Below are positions 1-10,030 of a DNA stretch of 50,210 bases, in pieces (positions within the stretch are counted from its first letter, which is position 1; each line of letters starts with the position of its first letter). Source of the DNA: a virus (lineage: Duplodnaviria > Caudoviricetes); IMG/VR virus record IMGVR_UViG_3300044960_000817, positions 1 through 50,210 of that record. The stretch is one strand, 5' to 3'. The position numbers were made by a program, and so were the translations under genes. The notes under the pieces were generated by a model. The model was not told the origin of the DNA. It saw only the letters and a program-made list of their open reading frames with translations, and did no database searches.

Positions 1-127
1 GCCTGCGTCAGCCGCGCGCCGGGATCGCCCGGCCGGTCGAGCGCCTCGACCGCCGCCTGCGTCAGCCGCGCGCCGGGATCGCCCGGCCGGTCGAGCGCCT
101 CGACCGCCGCCTGCGTCAGCCGCGCGC
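1..127. repeat. 54-bp tandem repeat; terminal overlap identical to 50084-50210
   Basis: Unit gcctgcgtcagccgcgcgccgggatcgcccggccggtcgagcgcctcgaccgcc starts at 1, 55 and (partial) 109; encodes AVEALDRPGDPGARLTQA on the minus strand. Confidence 0.95.
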
Positions 128-752
128 TGGTGCCGAGCCAGGCCAGCGTCGCGCTGAGGGTGACGAACCCCGCCTTGGTCGTGACGGCGGTGTCGCCGGC
201 CGTCAGATCGCTGGCGCTGGCGTCGCCGCCGTACCAGAGCGTGCCGGTATAGCTCGTCGTCACCGTGTTGCGCGCCGCGTAGCCGAGCTCGATCACCAGC
301 CGGTCGCCGTCCTGGCAGGCGACGCTGCTGAGCGTCTGCGCCGCCGCCAGCGCATGGCCGGCGGCCGTGGCCGGCCACTCGTTGACGCTGGCCGCCTCGC
401 GGTAGTCGGCCAGCAGCGTGCCGCGCGGCGTGCTGCTGTCGCCCTGCGTGACCCAGACATGGAGATGCCAGTGCAGGTCGGCGGCGGCGTCGCTCGCCAG
501 CGCGCCCAGCACCACGTCGATGGTGCCGGCGATCGTCTGCGCCGCCAGCCGCGGGCTGACCGCCCGAATCAGCAGCACGTCGTACTCGGCGGCCGCGTTC
601 GCCTCGGCGCGCGCCACGCTGGCGATCGCGCCGCCCTGCGCCTTGTCGATGTTCAGCGCGCGCGTCACCACGCCGCCGGTGTCGTCCCAGGCACCCTGCG
701 GCGTCGGGGTGAAGACGCCGGCATAGTTGTTGATGTAGAGCGTCGTCGCCAT
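1..752 (-). CDS. Minor tail protein, N-terminal part (continues across the junction into 48682-50210)
   Basis: ATG at 752 (MATTLYINNYAG...) just after the stop of the previous gene; frame open to base 1 through the 18-aa repeats. Confidence 0.8.
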   Translation of the reverse strand, partial: MATTLYINNYAGVFTPTPQGAWDDTGGVVTRALNIDKAQGGAIASVARAEANAAAEYDVLLIRAVSPRLAAQTIAGTIDVVLGALASDAAADLHWHLHVWVTQGDSSTPRGTLLADYREAASVNEWPATAAGHALAAAQTLSSVACQDGDRLVIELGYAARNTVTTSYTGTLWYGGDASASDLTAGDTAVTTKAGFVTLSATLAWLGTSARLTQAAVEALDRPGDPGARLTQAAVEALDRPGDPGARLTQ

Positions 753-755
753 TGG

Positions 756-1793
756 CTAGGTCGTCAGTTTGGCCCCGAATTCGAGCGCGTTGACATTGGC
801 GATATTCCAGGCCGCGGCGTTGGTCGGGTCGGTCTCGAAGATCTCCAGGTGCGAGACGTAGGTGTCCGACAGGCTGACCTCCGCCCCGGTGGCGTCGACG
901 CCGGCGCGCCGGAAGAGCGGACGAATTTTGCGGGTGCCCGCGTCATCCTTGCGCGCGCGCAGGACGCTCTGGACGCCGTAAACGGTGCCAGTCGCCGTCG
1001 CCAGGTCCTGCAGCAGGTAGGTATCGCGCACGTTGAGCGTCTGGCTCGACACGAACGTGCTGTCGTCGTCCGGGCTGGCCGCGTCATCGACCAGCGCGGC
1101 GTTGTCGGCGCCGCTGCTGGGCGTCCACTCGCTATAGGTGCCCTCGGCGGTCGGATTGATCGCCTCGACCTTGCAGTCGCCCAGGAAATCGTTATTGGTC
1201 GCGCCGGCATTGTTGCAGACGTAGAGATCATCGTAATCGACGGTCGCCCCGGTAGTTGGCACGCTGATCCAGAGCCGGTCGGCGGTGCTGTAGGACCCCG
1301 ACGCCTGCGTGTCCACGCCGCTCACCGTCAGCCCGCCAACCTGGACGCCATTGACGCGCACCGAGAACGATCCGGCCGCATTATTGATCGTCACCTTGAA
1401 CTCGATGTAGTAATAGGTATTATCGAGGAGGGTCGTGTCGGTGGCCGTCGCCAGCGTCGTGCCGTTGCGGGTGACGTAGAGATAGCCGCTCTGGAGCACG
1501 CGCAGGTCGACCTGGGTCGCGCCGCCCGGGTCGACCAGGGCGAAGATCTGCCAGCCGCTCGGCATCGTGCCGATGGTGCTGGACCGCACCGCCGCGCCGA
1601 CGATGAATGTCGAGCCGGTCGCGATCGTCCGCCGGATAGAGCGCGTGCCGCTGGTCGGCCCCAGGCGCAGCGCGCTGGTGCCGCGCCGGCCGGCGCTGGC
1701 GGTGATGGCGATCTGCGAGTCGGCCGTCCAGCCGCGCGTCCCGAGCTGGGACGTGCCGTAGGTATCGAAACTGTCGATATAGAGCAGGCTCAT
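756..1793 (-). CDS. Virion tail protein, beta-rich (lectin/LamG-like)
   Basis: Probable start MSLLYIDSFDTYG overlaps the tape-measure stop (ATGA); Thr/Ser/Gly-rich beta-strand pattern; the longer ORF call has a spurious N-terminal extension. Confidence 0.7.
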   Translation of the reverse strand: MSLLYIDSFDTYGTSQLGTRGWTADSQIAITASAGRRGTSALRLGPTSGTRSIRRTIATGSTFIVGAAVRSSTIGTMPSGWQIFALVDPGGATQVDLRVLQSGYLYVTRNGTTLATATDTTLLDNTYYYIEFKVTINNAAGSFSVRVNGVQVGGLTVSGVDTQASGSYSTADRLWISVPTTGATVDYDDLYVCNNAGATNNDFLGDCKVEAINPTAEGTYSEWTPSSGADNAALVDDAASPDDDSTFVSSQTLNVRDTYLLQDLATATGTVYGVQSVLRARKDDAGTRKIRPLFRRAGVDATGAEVSLSDTYVSHLEIFETDPTNAAAWNIANVNALEFGAKLTT

Positions 1794-4700
1794 CCCGTCG
1801 CGCCTCCTAGCACCCCCTGGAACCCATTGCGCCGGCCGGTCTGGAGCAGGAGCGACCGGAGGCGCTCGGCCAGGTCGCGCTCGGTCGTCACGTTGCCCTC
1901 GACGGTGACGTTGACCAGCACGTCGCCGCCGCGGGCGCGCGCGCCGGCGGCGAAACCGCGCGCCAGCGCCGTCTCGGCATAGCGCGTCGCGGTCGCCGCC
2001 GGCGCGGCCGGGGCCGGTGGCGCGGCCTCCGGAGCCGGGGCCGGCGGCGCGGCCGGCGGCGCGGCCGGTGTCGGGCCGCCGCCCACCGCCAGCCGGTTGA
2101 GCTGCCGCCAGAGGGTGATCGCCCGCTCGACCAGCTGGATCACCCGGCCCAGCGCGTCCTCGATGAACTTGAACGCGCCGCCCAGGACGCTCTGCCGGAT
2201 GCCGGCCAGGAAATCGCCTCCCAGGTAGGCCAGCAGGTCGCCGAGCTTGGTCTGGAGCGCACCGACGGCGTTCCAGAGCGTCTCGCTCCAATAGGTCGCC
2301 AGGCCGTCGCTCCAGCGCTTGCCGTCGCCGGTCTCCCACCAGGCGCGCAGGTCGCCCCATTTGGTCTGCAGGCCGTCCCAGGCGCGCTTGGCCGTCGTCA
2401 GCCACTGGTCGGTCTCGCGCTCCAGCCACGCCTGCACGCCGGCGCGGAAGGCGGCCCCGTCGCCGTCCCACCAGCGCTTCAGCCCCTCCAGCGCGCCGGT
2501 GAATTTGCCCCAGGCCGTCACCGCCACGTCGCCGGCCGCCGGCAGCGTCGTCTCCAGCCAGGTCTTCATCTGGCCGAAGCGGTCGCGGCCATCGGTGTCC
2601 CACCAGGCGACCAGCGGCCCCCAGCCGCCCGTCAGCAGGAAGGCCAGGTGCTGCTTGAGCACGGCGGTCGCCGCCGGCAGGACCTGGCTCAGGTCGATGC
2701 CCATCGCCGCCAGCGTCGGCTGGCCGTCGCGCCGCCACCATTCGTTCAGCGCGTTCAGCGCCGGCCGCAGGTCTTTGTTCCAGACGTTGATGAAGGGTTG
2801 CAGGACGTCACTGACCTCCTGCCGCAGCGTCTGGCCGAAGGTGCCGGCCTCCTTCGTCAACGCCGCCCAGGCCTCGCCGAGGGACTTGCCGGTGCCGGCC
2901 AGCGTGCTCAGGTCGTCGGCCAGCCGCTCCAGCGGCCCGGCCAGCCCGTCGATGGTCGTCTGGAGCCCCTGGAGCCGCCCCTCCCACTCGTCGAGCACCT
3001 GGCGGAAGGGGTCGTTCTTCGCCCAGTCGTCGGCCTTGCGCAAGATCTGGTCGATCGGCGTCTCGCCGGCCCCGCCCGGCCCGCCCTCCGGCCCCAGCCC
3101 CAGCCCCGCGCCCGCCCCCGCCTGCTGCGCCTCGGCCAACTGGCGCGCCGCCGTCAGGATTTGGTCCAGCTCCTGCCGCCACGTCTGCGCCCGCTCGGCG
3201 ATCTCGCCGTATTTGGCGCGCAGGTCGGCCAGCGCCTGGCTCTGCTCCTGGAGGCGCTGCCGCTGCGCCTCGACCGCTTTGGCCGCCGCCTGCTCGGCCG
3301 CCTGCGCCTCGGCGAGCTTCGGCTCGATCTCGCCGATCTTGGCCACCGCCCGGCCGACGTTGTCGAGGATCGTCTGGGCGGCCGCCTCCAGTCGCCGGTC
3401 GAGCAGGCGCTTGCGCGCCCGCTCGAAGGCGTCGGTGTCGATCTCGAAGCGGAGCCGGGTCTGCTGACTGAGCAGCCGGAGGCGCTCCAGCCGCTGCTCC
3501 AGCGCCGCCAATTGGCCGGCGCGCGCCCGCTCGACCGCCTCGGCGCGCTTGAGCGACCCCTCCAGGTGGTCGGTGGCCGCCTTCCACTTGACGATGCCGG
3601 CGCGGGCCTGCTCGAAGGTCAACTCCCGGCTATCGTCGAGCAACTGGCGCAGCGCCCGCCGCTGCGGCTCCAGGTCGAGCGCCTCGGTCAGCCGGATGCG
3701 CTCGCCCTCGGCCTGGACGCGCGCCAACTGGCGCTGGTACTGCTCCAGTTGCCGCCGCAGCGGCGCGGTATCGACCGCCTCCTGGAGCCGGATCGTCTCG
3801 CCGACCAGCCGCAGTCGCTCCAGTTCGGCGGTGAGCGCGGCCACCTGGTCCTCGCCGCCGCCGGCCAGGCGCAGCTTGTTGATCTGCAGCTGGATGCGGG
3901 CGATGGCGTCCTCGTTCTCGGCCAGCGCCGCGCTGGTCGCCTCGCCGCTGAGCGCCGCCTGGAGCCGGTTGATCGTCAGCAGCAGCCGCTTGGCGGCCTG
4001 GTCGTTGGCGAACAGCGCCTCCTCATAGGCGCGCGTGCCGACCAGGCTGGCCGCGGCGAACGCCTGCAACTGGTCCCTGGCCCGCGCCAGCGCGCCACGC
4101 AGCGCCTCGACGCGCGCCCGCGCCCGCTCCAGCCCGCCCGTCAATTTGGTCTCGACGATCGCCAGTTCGACCTGGCGCGCCTCCTGCGCCAGGTCGGCCA
4201 GCCGCTCCTCGACGGCGCGCGTGCCCGCGACGATCGCGCCCGCCCACTCGTTGAGCTCGTCGCGCGCGCGCGTCAGTTCCCCGCTTAGCTCGCTCACCCG
4301 CTGCTGGGCGGCGCGCTGGGCGGCCTCCAGGTCGCGCAGCCCGGCGTTGAGCGCCGCCAGCACGGCCTCCTGCTCGCGGATTTGGGCGTTGACCGCCGCC
4401 AGCTCGCGCCCGAGCGCCTCGACCGCCGCCTGGGCCGCCCGGTAGGCATCGACCGCGCCGCCGCCCAGCAGCGCCACCAGTTGCTCGGTCTCGGCCCGCT
4501 GCGCCGCCTCGGCGCGCGCCACCCCGCCGGCCGTCACCGCCTTGAACCGCTCGATCTGGGCGGCGGCGGCGTCGAGCAGCGGGCCGGTGCGGGCGACCAG
4601 GTTGGCGAAGATCTCGGGGATGCGGTTCTCGTAGCCCTCGGTCATCACGTCGATCAGCGAGGGCGAATGGCGCGCGAAGGGGTTGAGATAGTTGAGCGCC

Positions 4701-5662
4701 CGGAAGATGACGACCGCCGCGCTGGTGACGATGCGCGCGATCGCCAGCATCGCCCGCTGATAGCCGGACGCGAGGATGCCCAGCGCGCGCAGGATGACCT
4801 CGACGTGACCGGCGGTGCGCCGGGCCAACTCCTCCAGTCCGCCCGACTGGCCGAGGTCGGCCAGCCGGATGGCGACCTCGCGCACGCGGCGGAAGATCGG
4901 CTCGAAGGCCGTGCCGCCGAACTGGCGCACGCTGTCGAGGATGGTGCTGACCGCGCCGTTGAAGGTCTGCGCCTGGCGGGCCATCATGCCGCCGAAGTCG
5001 CGCGCGGCCATCTCCCGGAACGCCTCGATGAAGAGGCGCGCCGATAGCTGGCCTTTCTCCTGCAGCTTCTGCAGTTCCTGGGTCGACTTGCCCAGCTTGG
5101 CCGCCATGATGTCCATGACCGCGCCGACGGCGACGCCGGCCTCGGTCAGTTGCATCAGTTCTTCGCCGCTGACCTTGCCGCGGCTGCTCATCTGGGTCAG
5201 CGCCAGCGTGATGCGCCAGATTTTGTCGGCCTGGCCCTGGCTGACGTCGCCGATGGCGGTCAGCACTGGGATGATCTGCTGCATCTCGAAGCGGGCGTTG
5301 AGCAGCATCCGCGCCGCCTCGGTCAGTTGCGGCAGCTCGAACGGGGTGGTGGCGGCGAAGCGCTGCAGGTCGGCCATCATCTGGCGCGCCCGGTCGGCGC
5401 TCTTGAGCATGACCTCGAACGAGACCTGGGTCTGCTCCAAGCTGGCATTGAACCCGACGGTGGCGTCGGCGGCGGCGGCCAGCGCCTGCTGGAAGACGCC
5501 CAGCACGGCCGTGCCGCCGGCGAAGGAGAGGCCGGTGATCAGCGCCGCCCGCAGGCGGCCGGCCGCCTGCTGGGCGACCTGCTGAGCGCGCGCCAGGTCG
5601 CGCTGGAAGGGACTGACATCCGCGCTCAGCCGCACCCGGATATCGCCGGCCTCGATCGCCAT
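1790..5662 (-). CDS. Tail tape measure protein
   Basis: 1290 aa, helical; tape-measure domain (FAATTPFELPQL...GKVSGEELMQL), long coiled coils, Trp-periodic C-terminal repeats; follows the chaperone genes. Confidence 0.93.
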   Translation of the reverse strand: MAIEAGDIRVRLSADVSPFQRDLARAQQVAQQAAGRLRAALITGLSFAGGTAVLGVFQQALAAAADATVGFNASLEQTQVSFEVMLKSADRARQMMADLQRFAATTPFELPQLTEAARMLLNARFEMQQIIPVLTAIGDVSQGQADKIWRITLALTQMSSRGKVSGEELMQLTEAGVAVGAVMDIMAAKLGKSTQELQKLQEKGQLSARLFIEAFREMAARDFGGMMARQAQTFNGAVSTILDSVRQFGGTAFEPIFRRVREVAIRLADLGQSGGLEELARRTAGHVEVILRALGILASGYQRAMLAIARIVTSAAVVIFRALNYLNPFARHSPSLIDVMTEGYENRIPEIFANLVARTGPLLDAAAAQIERFKAVTAGGVARAEAAQRAETEQLVALLGGGAVDAYRAAQAAVEALGRELAAVNAQIREQEAVLAALNAGLRDLEAAQRAAQQRVSELSGELTRARDELNEWAGAIVAGTRAVEERLADLAQEARQVELAIVETKLTGGLERARARVEALRGALARARDQLQAFAAASLVGTRAYEEALFANDQAAKRLLLTINRLQAALSGEATSAALAENEDAIARIQLQINKLRLAGGGEDQVAALTAELERLRLVGETIRLQEAVDTAPLRRQLEQYQRQLARVQAEGERIRLTEALDLEPQRRALRQLLDDSRELTFEQARAGIVKWKAATDHLEGSLKRAEAVERARAGQLAALEQRLERLRLLSQQTRLRFEIDTDAFERARKRLLDRRLEAAAQTILDNVGRAVAKIGEIEPKLAEAQAAEQAAAKAVEAQRQRLQEQSQALADLRAKYGEIAERAQTWRQELDQILTAARQLAEAQQAGAGAGLGLGPEGGPGGAGETPIDQILRKADDWAKNDPFRQVLDEWEGRLQGLQTTIDGLAGPLERLADDLSTLAGTGKSLGEAWAALTKEAGTFGQTLRQEVSDVLQPFINVWNKDLRPALNALNEWWRRDGQPTLAAMGIDLSQVLPAATAVLKQHLAFLLTGGWGPLVAWWDTDGRDRFGQMKTWLETTLPAAGDVAVTAWGKFTGALEGLKRWWDGDGAAFRAGVQAWLERETDQWLTTAKRAWDGLQTKWGDLRAWWETGDGKRWSDGLATYWSETLWNAVGALQTKLGDLLAYLGGDFLAGIRQSVLGGAFKFIEDALGRVIQLVERAITLWRQLNRLAVGGGPTPAAPPAAPPAPAPEAAPPAPAAPAATATRYAETALARGFAAGARARGGDVLVNVTVEGNVTTERDLAERLRSLLLQTGRRNGFQGVLGGATG

Positions 5663-5663
5663 C

Positions 5664-5913
5664 TCAGCGCCTCCGCCGCTGCTCGGCCAGGTCGGCGATC
5701 ATGGCGCGCGCCTCGGCCTCGGCCGCCTCGGCCAGCACCAGCTTATCGAGCCACCACTGCGGCATCTCCAGCGCGCTGGCGGCCGGGTAGACCGGCAGAC
5801 CCGCCGCCCGCGCCGCCCGCACCAGTGGGTACCAGGCTGGCATCGCGCCCATCTCGCCCCCCATTGCCAGCCAGCGCCTCAGCTGCTTGGCTTCCTCGGC
5901 CTCAGCCGAGGGT
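5664..5913 (-). CDS. Tail assembly chaperone frameshift extension (T segment of G-T)
   Basis: Open -1 frame PSAEAEEAKQLRRWLAMG...EMPQWWLDKLV between chaperone and tape measure; entered by a CCT-to-CCC slip. Confidence 0.65.
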
Positions 5914-6214
5914 CCGGCTGCCAGTCCTCCAGGCACGCGCTGAACACCTGCAGCAGCAGGTCGAAGGGCAGCGTCTCGAGCTGCTCGGTCGCGATCGGGA
6001 TCGGCTCGCCCCGCCGCGTGACCTCCCAGTCGACGACGAGCTCGGTCAGCGCGGCGACGACCTGGTCCAGCGTCAGCGCCTGGCCGGGCGCGAGGTAGCG
6101 CATGAATTTGGGCGTCACCGCCGCCGGCCGGTACCAGACCGCGGCGGTCTGGCCCTGGTAGGTGACCGCGATCTGCTTGCGGTCGGCCAAGATCTGCTCG
6201 AAGGTGATCGGCAC
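5879..6214 (-). CDS. Tail assembly chaperone (G-like)
   Basis: 111 aa between tail tube and tape measure; AAGGAGG RBS; LVVDWEV motif. Confidence 0.8.
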   Translation of the reverse strand: MPITFEQILADRKQIAVTYQGQTAAVWYRPAAVTPKFMRYLAPGQALTLDQVVAALTELVVDWEVTRRGEPIPIATEQLETLPFDLLLQVFSACLEDWQPDPRLRPRKPSS

Positions 6215-6271
6215 GGGAACCTCCTTGGGGGTGGGGCCGGCCGGTGGCCCGGCCGGCGCGACGGGACGGGT

Positions 6272-7555
6272 CTACAGCGCGCTGATCGTGTTGCGGACGG
6301 TTGCCTTGAGCGCGCTGCCGAGGTTGCTGTCGTAGACGCCGGTAAAGGTCCACTCGATCGCGTAGAGGCCGTCGGAGTCCTGGAACTCGGACACGTCCGA
6401 GACCCGGCCGACGAAGTCGAACTGGAGCAGGTAGGGGTTGGAGGAGATCGTCTCGCCCGAGCAGCGCACCCGCAAAAACTTGGTGGCGTTGTCGCGCGCG
6501 GTCGTCAGGAAGGCCATGCCCTCGGCGTCGGCCTCCAGCATCAGTTTGAGGGAGATGCTCGGCACCGCCTCGACGATCGCGACGAAACTGGTGTTGCCGT
6601 CGAGGACGAAGACCGGCTGGTAGCGGCCGGTGACCGCGAGCTCGCCCGACAGCGGCCGGCTCAATTGGGTCGTGCCGAGACCGGCGAACGTATTGTCGCT
6701 GAAGACGGTGACGTGGGTGGCGGCCACCGGCTTGAGCGTCAGCGTCGTCGGCGCGACGCCGGCCGTCGTCTCGGCGACCGAGATGTTGGGCGAGGTACCG
6801 CCGGTGAAGTTATGACTGGCGGTCATCAGCGTCACGTCCTGCGCCCCGAGCGCGCCGGTGAACTGGACGGTGTAGGGCGTGCCCGGGCCGGGGCCGCCGG
6901 TGACGACCACATTGCCCGCGCCGATGGTGCTGAGCGCCTCCAGCGCCGTCTGCACGGCGCTCGCGGTGGCGTTGTAGGCGATGTTGCTGGTCGTCGCGCC
7001 GTTGAGGGTGAGCGTGAACGTCCCGCCGGTCGGGCTGCCGGTGATGGTGACGGTCTGGACCTCGCTGGTGGACATGTAGATATTGTCGGTCAGCGCCTTG
7101 CCCAGCACCGTGCCGTCCAGGTCGACGCCCGAGCGGCTGAAGCGGAAGGTCAGGTCGGGCACGACGGCGTGGGTGAACCGATGGGCGCGCGGCCCGCCGC
7201 CCTGCTCGATGGTGTAGGTCTTGCCGTTATCGGGCGAGCCGCGGTTGGGCAAAAACGTCCAGGTGTACTCGCTGCCCGCCTGCGACGGCGCGCCGGGCGC
7301 TTTGAGATTGCTGGCCAGCAGATAGATGATCTCGTTATAGCTGACCGCGCCCGAGAGCTTGCCCTCGGTCCACTCGCGGTTCTGAATGGTGGTGCTGTCG
7401 AACTTGGTGCCCTCGGGCCGGAAGCGCTGGATGTCCAGCTTCGGCCCGACCATCAGGCCGACGGCCTGCAAGAGCTTATTGGCCGCCACCGCCGTCCCCG
7501 GCGTCGTCTCGACGCCGAGCTGGGTGCTGTGGAAGATCGTCGCGCGCTCCGGCAT
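6272..7555 (-). CDS. Major tail (tube) protein with inserted beta domain
   Basis: QLGVETTPGTAV N-terminus, position after tail terminator, GAGGAGG RBS; insert EVQTVTITGSPTGGTFTLTLNG... Confidence 0.85.
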   Translation of the reverse strand: MPERATIFHSTQLGVETTPGTAVAANKLLQAVGLMVGPKLDIQRFRPEGTKFDSTTIQNREWTEGKLSGAVSYNEIIYLLASNLKAPGAPSQAGSEYTWTFLPNRGSPDNGKTYTIEQGGGPRAHRFTHAVVPDLTFRFSRSGVDLDGTVLGKALTDNIYMSTSEVQTVTITGSPTGGTFTLTLNGATTSNIAYNATASAVQTALEALSTIGAGNVVVTGGPGPGTPYTVQFTGALGAQDVTLMTASHNFTGGTSPNISVAETTAGVAPTTLTLKPVAATHVTVFSDNTFAGLGTTQLSRPLSGELAVTGRYQPVFVLDGNTSFVAIVEAVPSISLKLMLEADAEGMAFLTTARDNATKFLRVRCSGETISSNPYLLQFDFVGRVSDVSEFQDSDGLYAIEWTFTGVYDSNLGSALKATVRNTISAL

Positions 7556-7677
7556 GATGCCCGCCCTCCTCGGTCACTGAGTGGCCGAGAGCGGGCGTCA
7601 CGCCGGACGGCGGCTCTGCTCGGGCGCGGGCCGGCGGCCGGGTGGCGGGCGGCCCGCGCGTCGTCTCTGCTTGGATA

Positions 7678-7791
7678 TTATGCCCGTTCGCTCGGCTCCT
7701 GGCCCGGCCGGAGGCCGAAGCGCTGCTCGATGGCCCGGACGACCATCAGCAGCGCCCGGCGCACCGTCAGCCAGAATGCGCGCTCGTCCAT
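7678..7791 (-). CDS. Small hypothetical protein (37 aa, MDERAFWLTVRRALLMVVRAIEQRFGL...)
   Basis: ATG right after the previous stop, GGGAG RBS, amphipathic helix. Confidence 0.6.
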   Translation of the reverse strand: MDERAFWLTVRRALLMVVRAIEQRFGLRPGQEPSERA

Positions 7792-7792
7792 G

Positions 7793-8215
7793 TCAGGCTC
7801 CCTGCGCGTAGAGGCGGTAGCGCCCGCCGAGGTGCTGGTAGACGACGCCGGCGGCCACCTCGCTATAGGCGAGCTCGCCCTCCAGCACGCAGGCGACGAC
7901 CGTGCCGCCGCTGGCGCTGCCGCGCGCCAGGTCGAGCAGCGCGTCGATGCGGTCGGCCGCGTCGCGCGGCGCGCCGGCGATCGACGGGCCCTTGGCGACC
8001 ACCTTGACGACATAGATCAGGTCGGACCAGAGCCGCGCCGGCCCCGCGCCGCGCAGGACGGTGCCGGACTGGAACTGCCAGACGCCGAATGGGTAGGCCG
8101 CTCCCTGCGGCGGCCGGTCGCGCCAGATGCCGCCCGGCAGCAGGCCGTCCAGCGTGGCGTCGCCGGTCAGGCGGGCGGCCAGGAAGGCGTCGGCGACGGC
8201 GGTCGTCAGCGCCAT
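7793..8215 (-). CDS. Tail terminator / completion protein (DUF3168-like)
   Basis: GGIWRDRPPQGAAYPF motif, ADRIDALL; synteny. Confidence 0.75.
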   Translation of the reverse strand: MALTTAVADAFLAARLTGDATLDGLLPGGIWRDRPPQGAAYPFGVWQFQSGTVLRGAGPARLWSDLIYVVKVVAKGPSIAGAPRDAADRIDALLDLARGSASGGTVVACVLEGELAYSEVAAGVVYQHLGGRYRLYAQGA

Positions 8216-8583
8216 CAGGCCGGCCCCCCGCCATCGAGCAGGCGCGTCATCGCCCGCCGGAAGGCGGGCAGGTGGCGCTCCAGCGCCGGCACCAGGTAGG
8301 GCCGGCCGGGGATATATGCGCCGCTGGCGGCGTGGTGGTAGCCCAGCTCGACGTAGACGCCGTAGCCGGTGTTGGTGCCGATCTCGGCCGTCGCCGGGCC
8401 GGTCAGCTGGGCGTGGATGCTGGCCCGCAGCCGGCCGGTGTCGACCGGGCAGGCCAGTTTGGCATCGCGCTCGACGGCGAGCGCGGTCTGGTAGACGACC
8501 CGGCCGGCGCGCGCCGGCGCGGCGCGCAGCAGCGCCGGCAGGCGGTTGTGCTCGAAGGTCACCTCGACGCGGGGCCGGATCAT
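8215..8583 (-). CDS. HK97 gp10-like neck protein
   Basis: AKLACPVDTGRLRASI, YGVYVELG and RPYLVPA motifs; start MIRPRVEV overlaps the upstream stop. Confidence 0.85.
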   Translation of the reverse strand: MIRPRVEVTFEHNRLPALLRAAPARAGRVVYQTALAVERDAKLACPVDTGRLRASIHAQLTGPATAEIGTNTGYGVYVELGYHHAASGAYIPGRPYLVPALERHLPAFRRAMTRLLDGGGPA

Positions 8584-8942
8584 CAGCGCACCTCGATGGC
8601 GCGCACCGCGCGCAGCACCTCGTAACTTTTCGGCACGGCCACGCCGACGACCTCCAGCGTCCGGCCGCCGGTGACGAGCCGGTCCTCGACCGCCACGTCG
8701 GTGCCGGCCGGCAGCCGGATGGTATAGACGAACTGCCCGGCGACCCGGCCGGCCAGCTCGCTCTCGTCGCCGGGCTGGGCCAGCACCAGCGCCGTGACCG
8801 TCGCCAGGTCGGCCCAACTCTCGCTCGGGCCGCCGAGCGCGTCCTGGCTGGCCGTCCGGCGCTGAATGACGGCGGTGGTGGTGAGGGCGGCCGCGGCGTC
8901 GCGCCGCAGCGCCGCCAGGTCAGTTGTCGTCAGCAGCGCCAT
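8583..8942 (-). CDS. Head closure / head-tail joining protein (SPP1 gp16-like)
   Basis: IQRRT..DALGG..ESW, LPAGTDV..EDRL pattern; synteny. Confidence 0.8.
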   Translation of the reverse strand: MALLTTTDLAALRRDAAAALTTTAVIQRRTASQDALGGPSESWADLATVTALVLAQPGDESELAGRVAGQFVYTIRLPAGTDVAVEDRLVTGGRTLEVVGVAVPKSYEVLRAVRAIEVR

Positions 8943-9360
8943 CGAGGTCCGTCCTGCCGCCGATCAGGTCGAAGCGGTCGCGGGTGAAGGCGGGCCGCAC
9001 CCGGTCGGCGTCGTCGTCGCGCGTCTGTTTGTCGCCGATCGCGATGCCGCCGGCATAGACGGTCGCCGCCTGGGTCGCCAGCCTGCGCCGCAGCCGGCGC
9101 AGCAGCGCCTCGTAGCCCTCGCGCTGCTGCTGGCGGGCGACGCTGACGCCATCGACCGACGCCTGGGTGCGGCGCGCCAGCCGGGCCAGGATCGCCTGGC
9201 AGCCGGCCACCGCCGCCCGGATGACCGAGCCCTCGCTGGCCAGCAGCGCGTCGATCTCCTGGTCGAACAGCAGCGGGTCGTTGGGATCGGTGTCGCCGAG
9301 CTCGAAGCGCACCGCGTCGCGGTCGCTGGTGGCGATCTGAGCGGTGTAGGAGAAGCTCAT
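8920..9360 (-). CDS. Head-tail connector/adaptor
   Basis: DAVRFELGDTD...LLFDQEIDALL motif; synteny. Confidence 0.75.
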   Translation of the reverse strand: MSFSYTAQIATSDRDAVRFELGDTDPNDPLLFDQEIDALLASEGSVIRAAVAGCQAILARLARRTQASVDGVSVARQQQREGYEALLRRLRRRLATQAATVYAGGIAIGDKQTRDDDADRVRPAFTRDRFDLIGGRTDLDGAADDN

Positions 9361-9363
9361 GGC

Positions 9364-9654
9364 TCAGTCCCAGACCACGAGCGCGTCGACGCTCGCCGCC
9401 GACGGCGCGACGATGATGCTGGTGCTGAAGGCGGCGTGGAACGCCAGCGCCACCGGCGCGGCGGTGCTGGCCGGCACATTGAGCACCAGGACGGTCGTCG
9501 CGCCATCCTTGAGCGTCAGGGTCGCCGCCGCGCCGCTATTCGAGAGCACGATCCAGCGCAGGATGCCGCGCGTGGCCTTGACCGTCTGGTCGCCGGTGAC
9601 GTTCTGGATGCGCGTGTAGAGGCTGGCGTCGGCATATTTGCGCCCGCTCGGCAT
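9364..9654 (-). CDS. Hypothetical virion protein
   Basis: 96-aa beta-rich ORF, GGGAGG RBS, in the head operon. Confidence 0.6.
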   Translation of the reverse strand: MPSGRKYADASLYTRIQNVTGDQTVKATRGILRWIVLSNSGAAATLTLKDGATTVLVLNVPASTAAPVALAFHAAFSTSIIVAPSAASVDALVVWD

Positions 9655-9670
9655 CGGTCGGCCTCCCGGA

Positions 9671-10009
9671 TCAGGTCAGGTCGAGCCAGAGATAGTCCCA
9701 GGTCAGCGCCGCGCCGTCGATCGCGCCGGCGGTCGGGTTGTAGAGATACACGGTGACGGTGTCGTCGGCCGTCACGCGCGCGCCGAGCGGCAGCAGGTCG
9801 TCCTCCAGCGCCGCCGGCATGGTGACGTAGACGCGGTCGCCCGCCCGCGCGCCGGTCAGGGTGAAGGTGACGCTGCCGCGGGTAGCGGCGGCGATGCTGC
9901 CCGGGTCGAGGCTGACGGTGCCGGCCTGGATTTTCTTGATGTTCGACCCGCCGCCGACGTTGACGCTGCCGACCAGCGCCCGGCCCCGGGTGACGCGGTT
10001 GAGCGGCAT
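9671..10009 (-). CDS. Putative head decoration/structural protein
   Basis: 112 aa beta-rich (TFTLTGARAGDRV...VTADDTVTVYLYNPT); AGGAGG RBS. Confidence 0.6.
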   Translation of the reverse strand: MPLNRVTRGRALVGSVNVGGGSNIKKIQAGTVSLDPGSIAAATRGSVTFTLTGARAGDRVYVTMPAALEDDLLPLGARVTADDTVTVYLYNPTAGAIDGAALTWDYLWLDLT

Positions 10010-10030
10010 GGCGCTCCTCCTGGCTGGTGC

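Noticed and set aside
1-127. 54-bp repeats as a CRISPR array
   Set aside because: Units are contiguous with no spacers and encode an in-frame 18-aa repeat; no cas genes.
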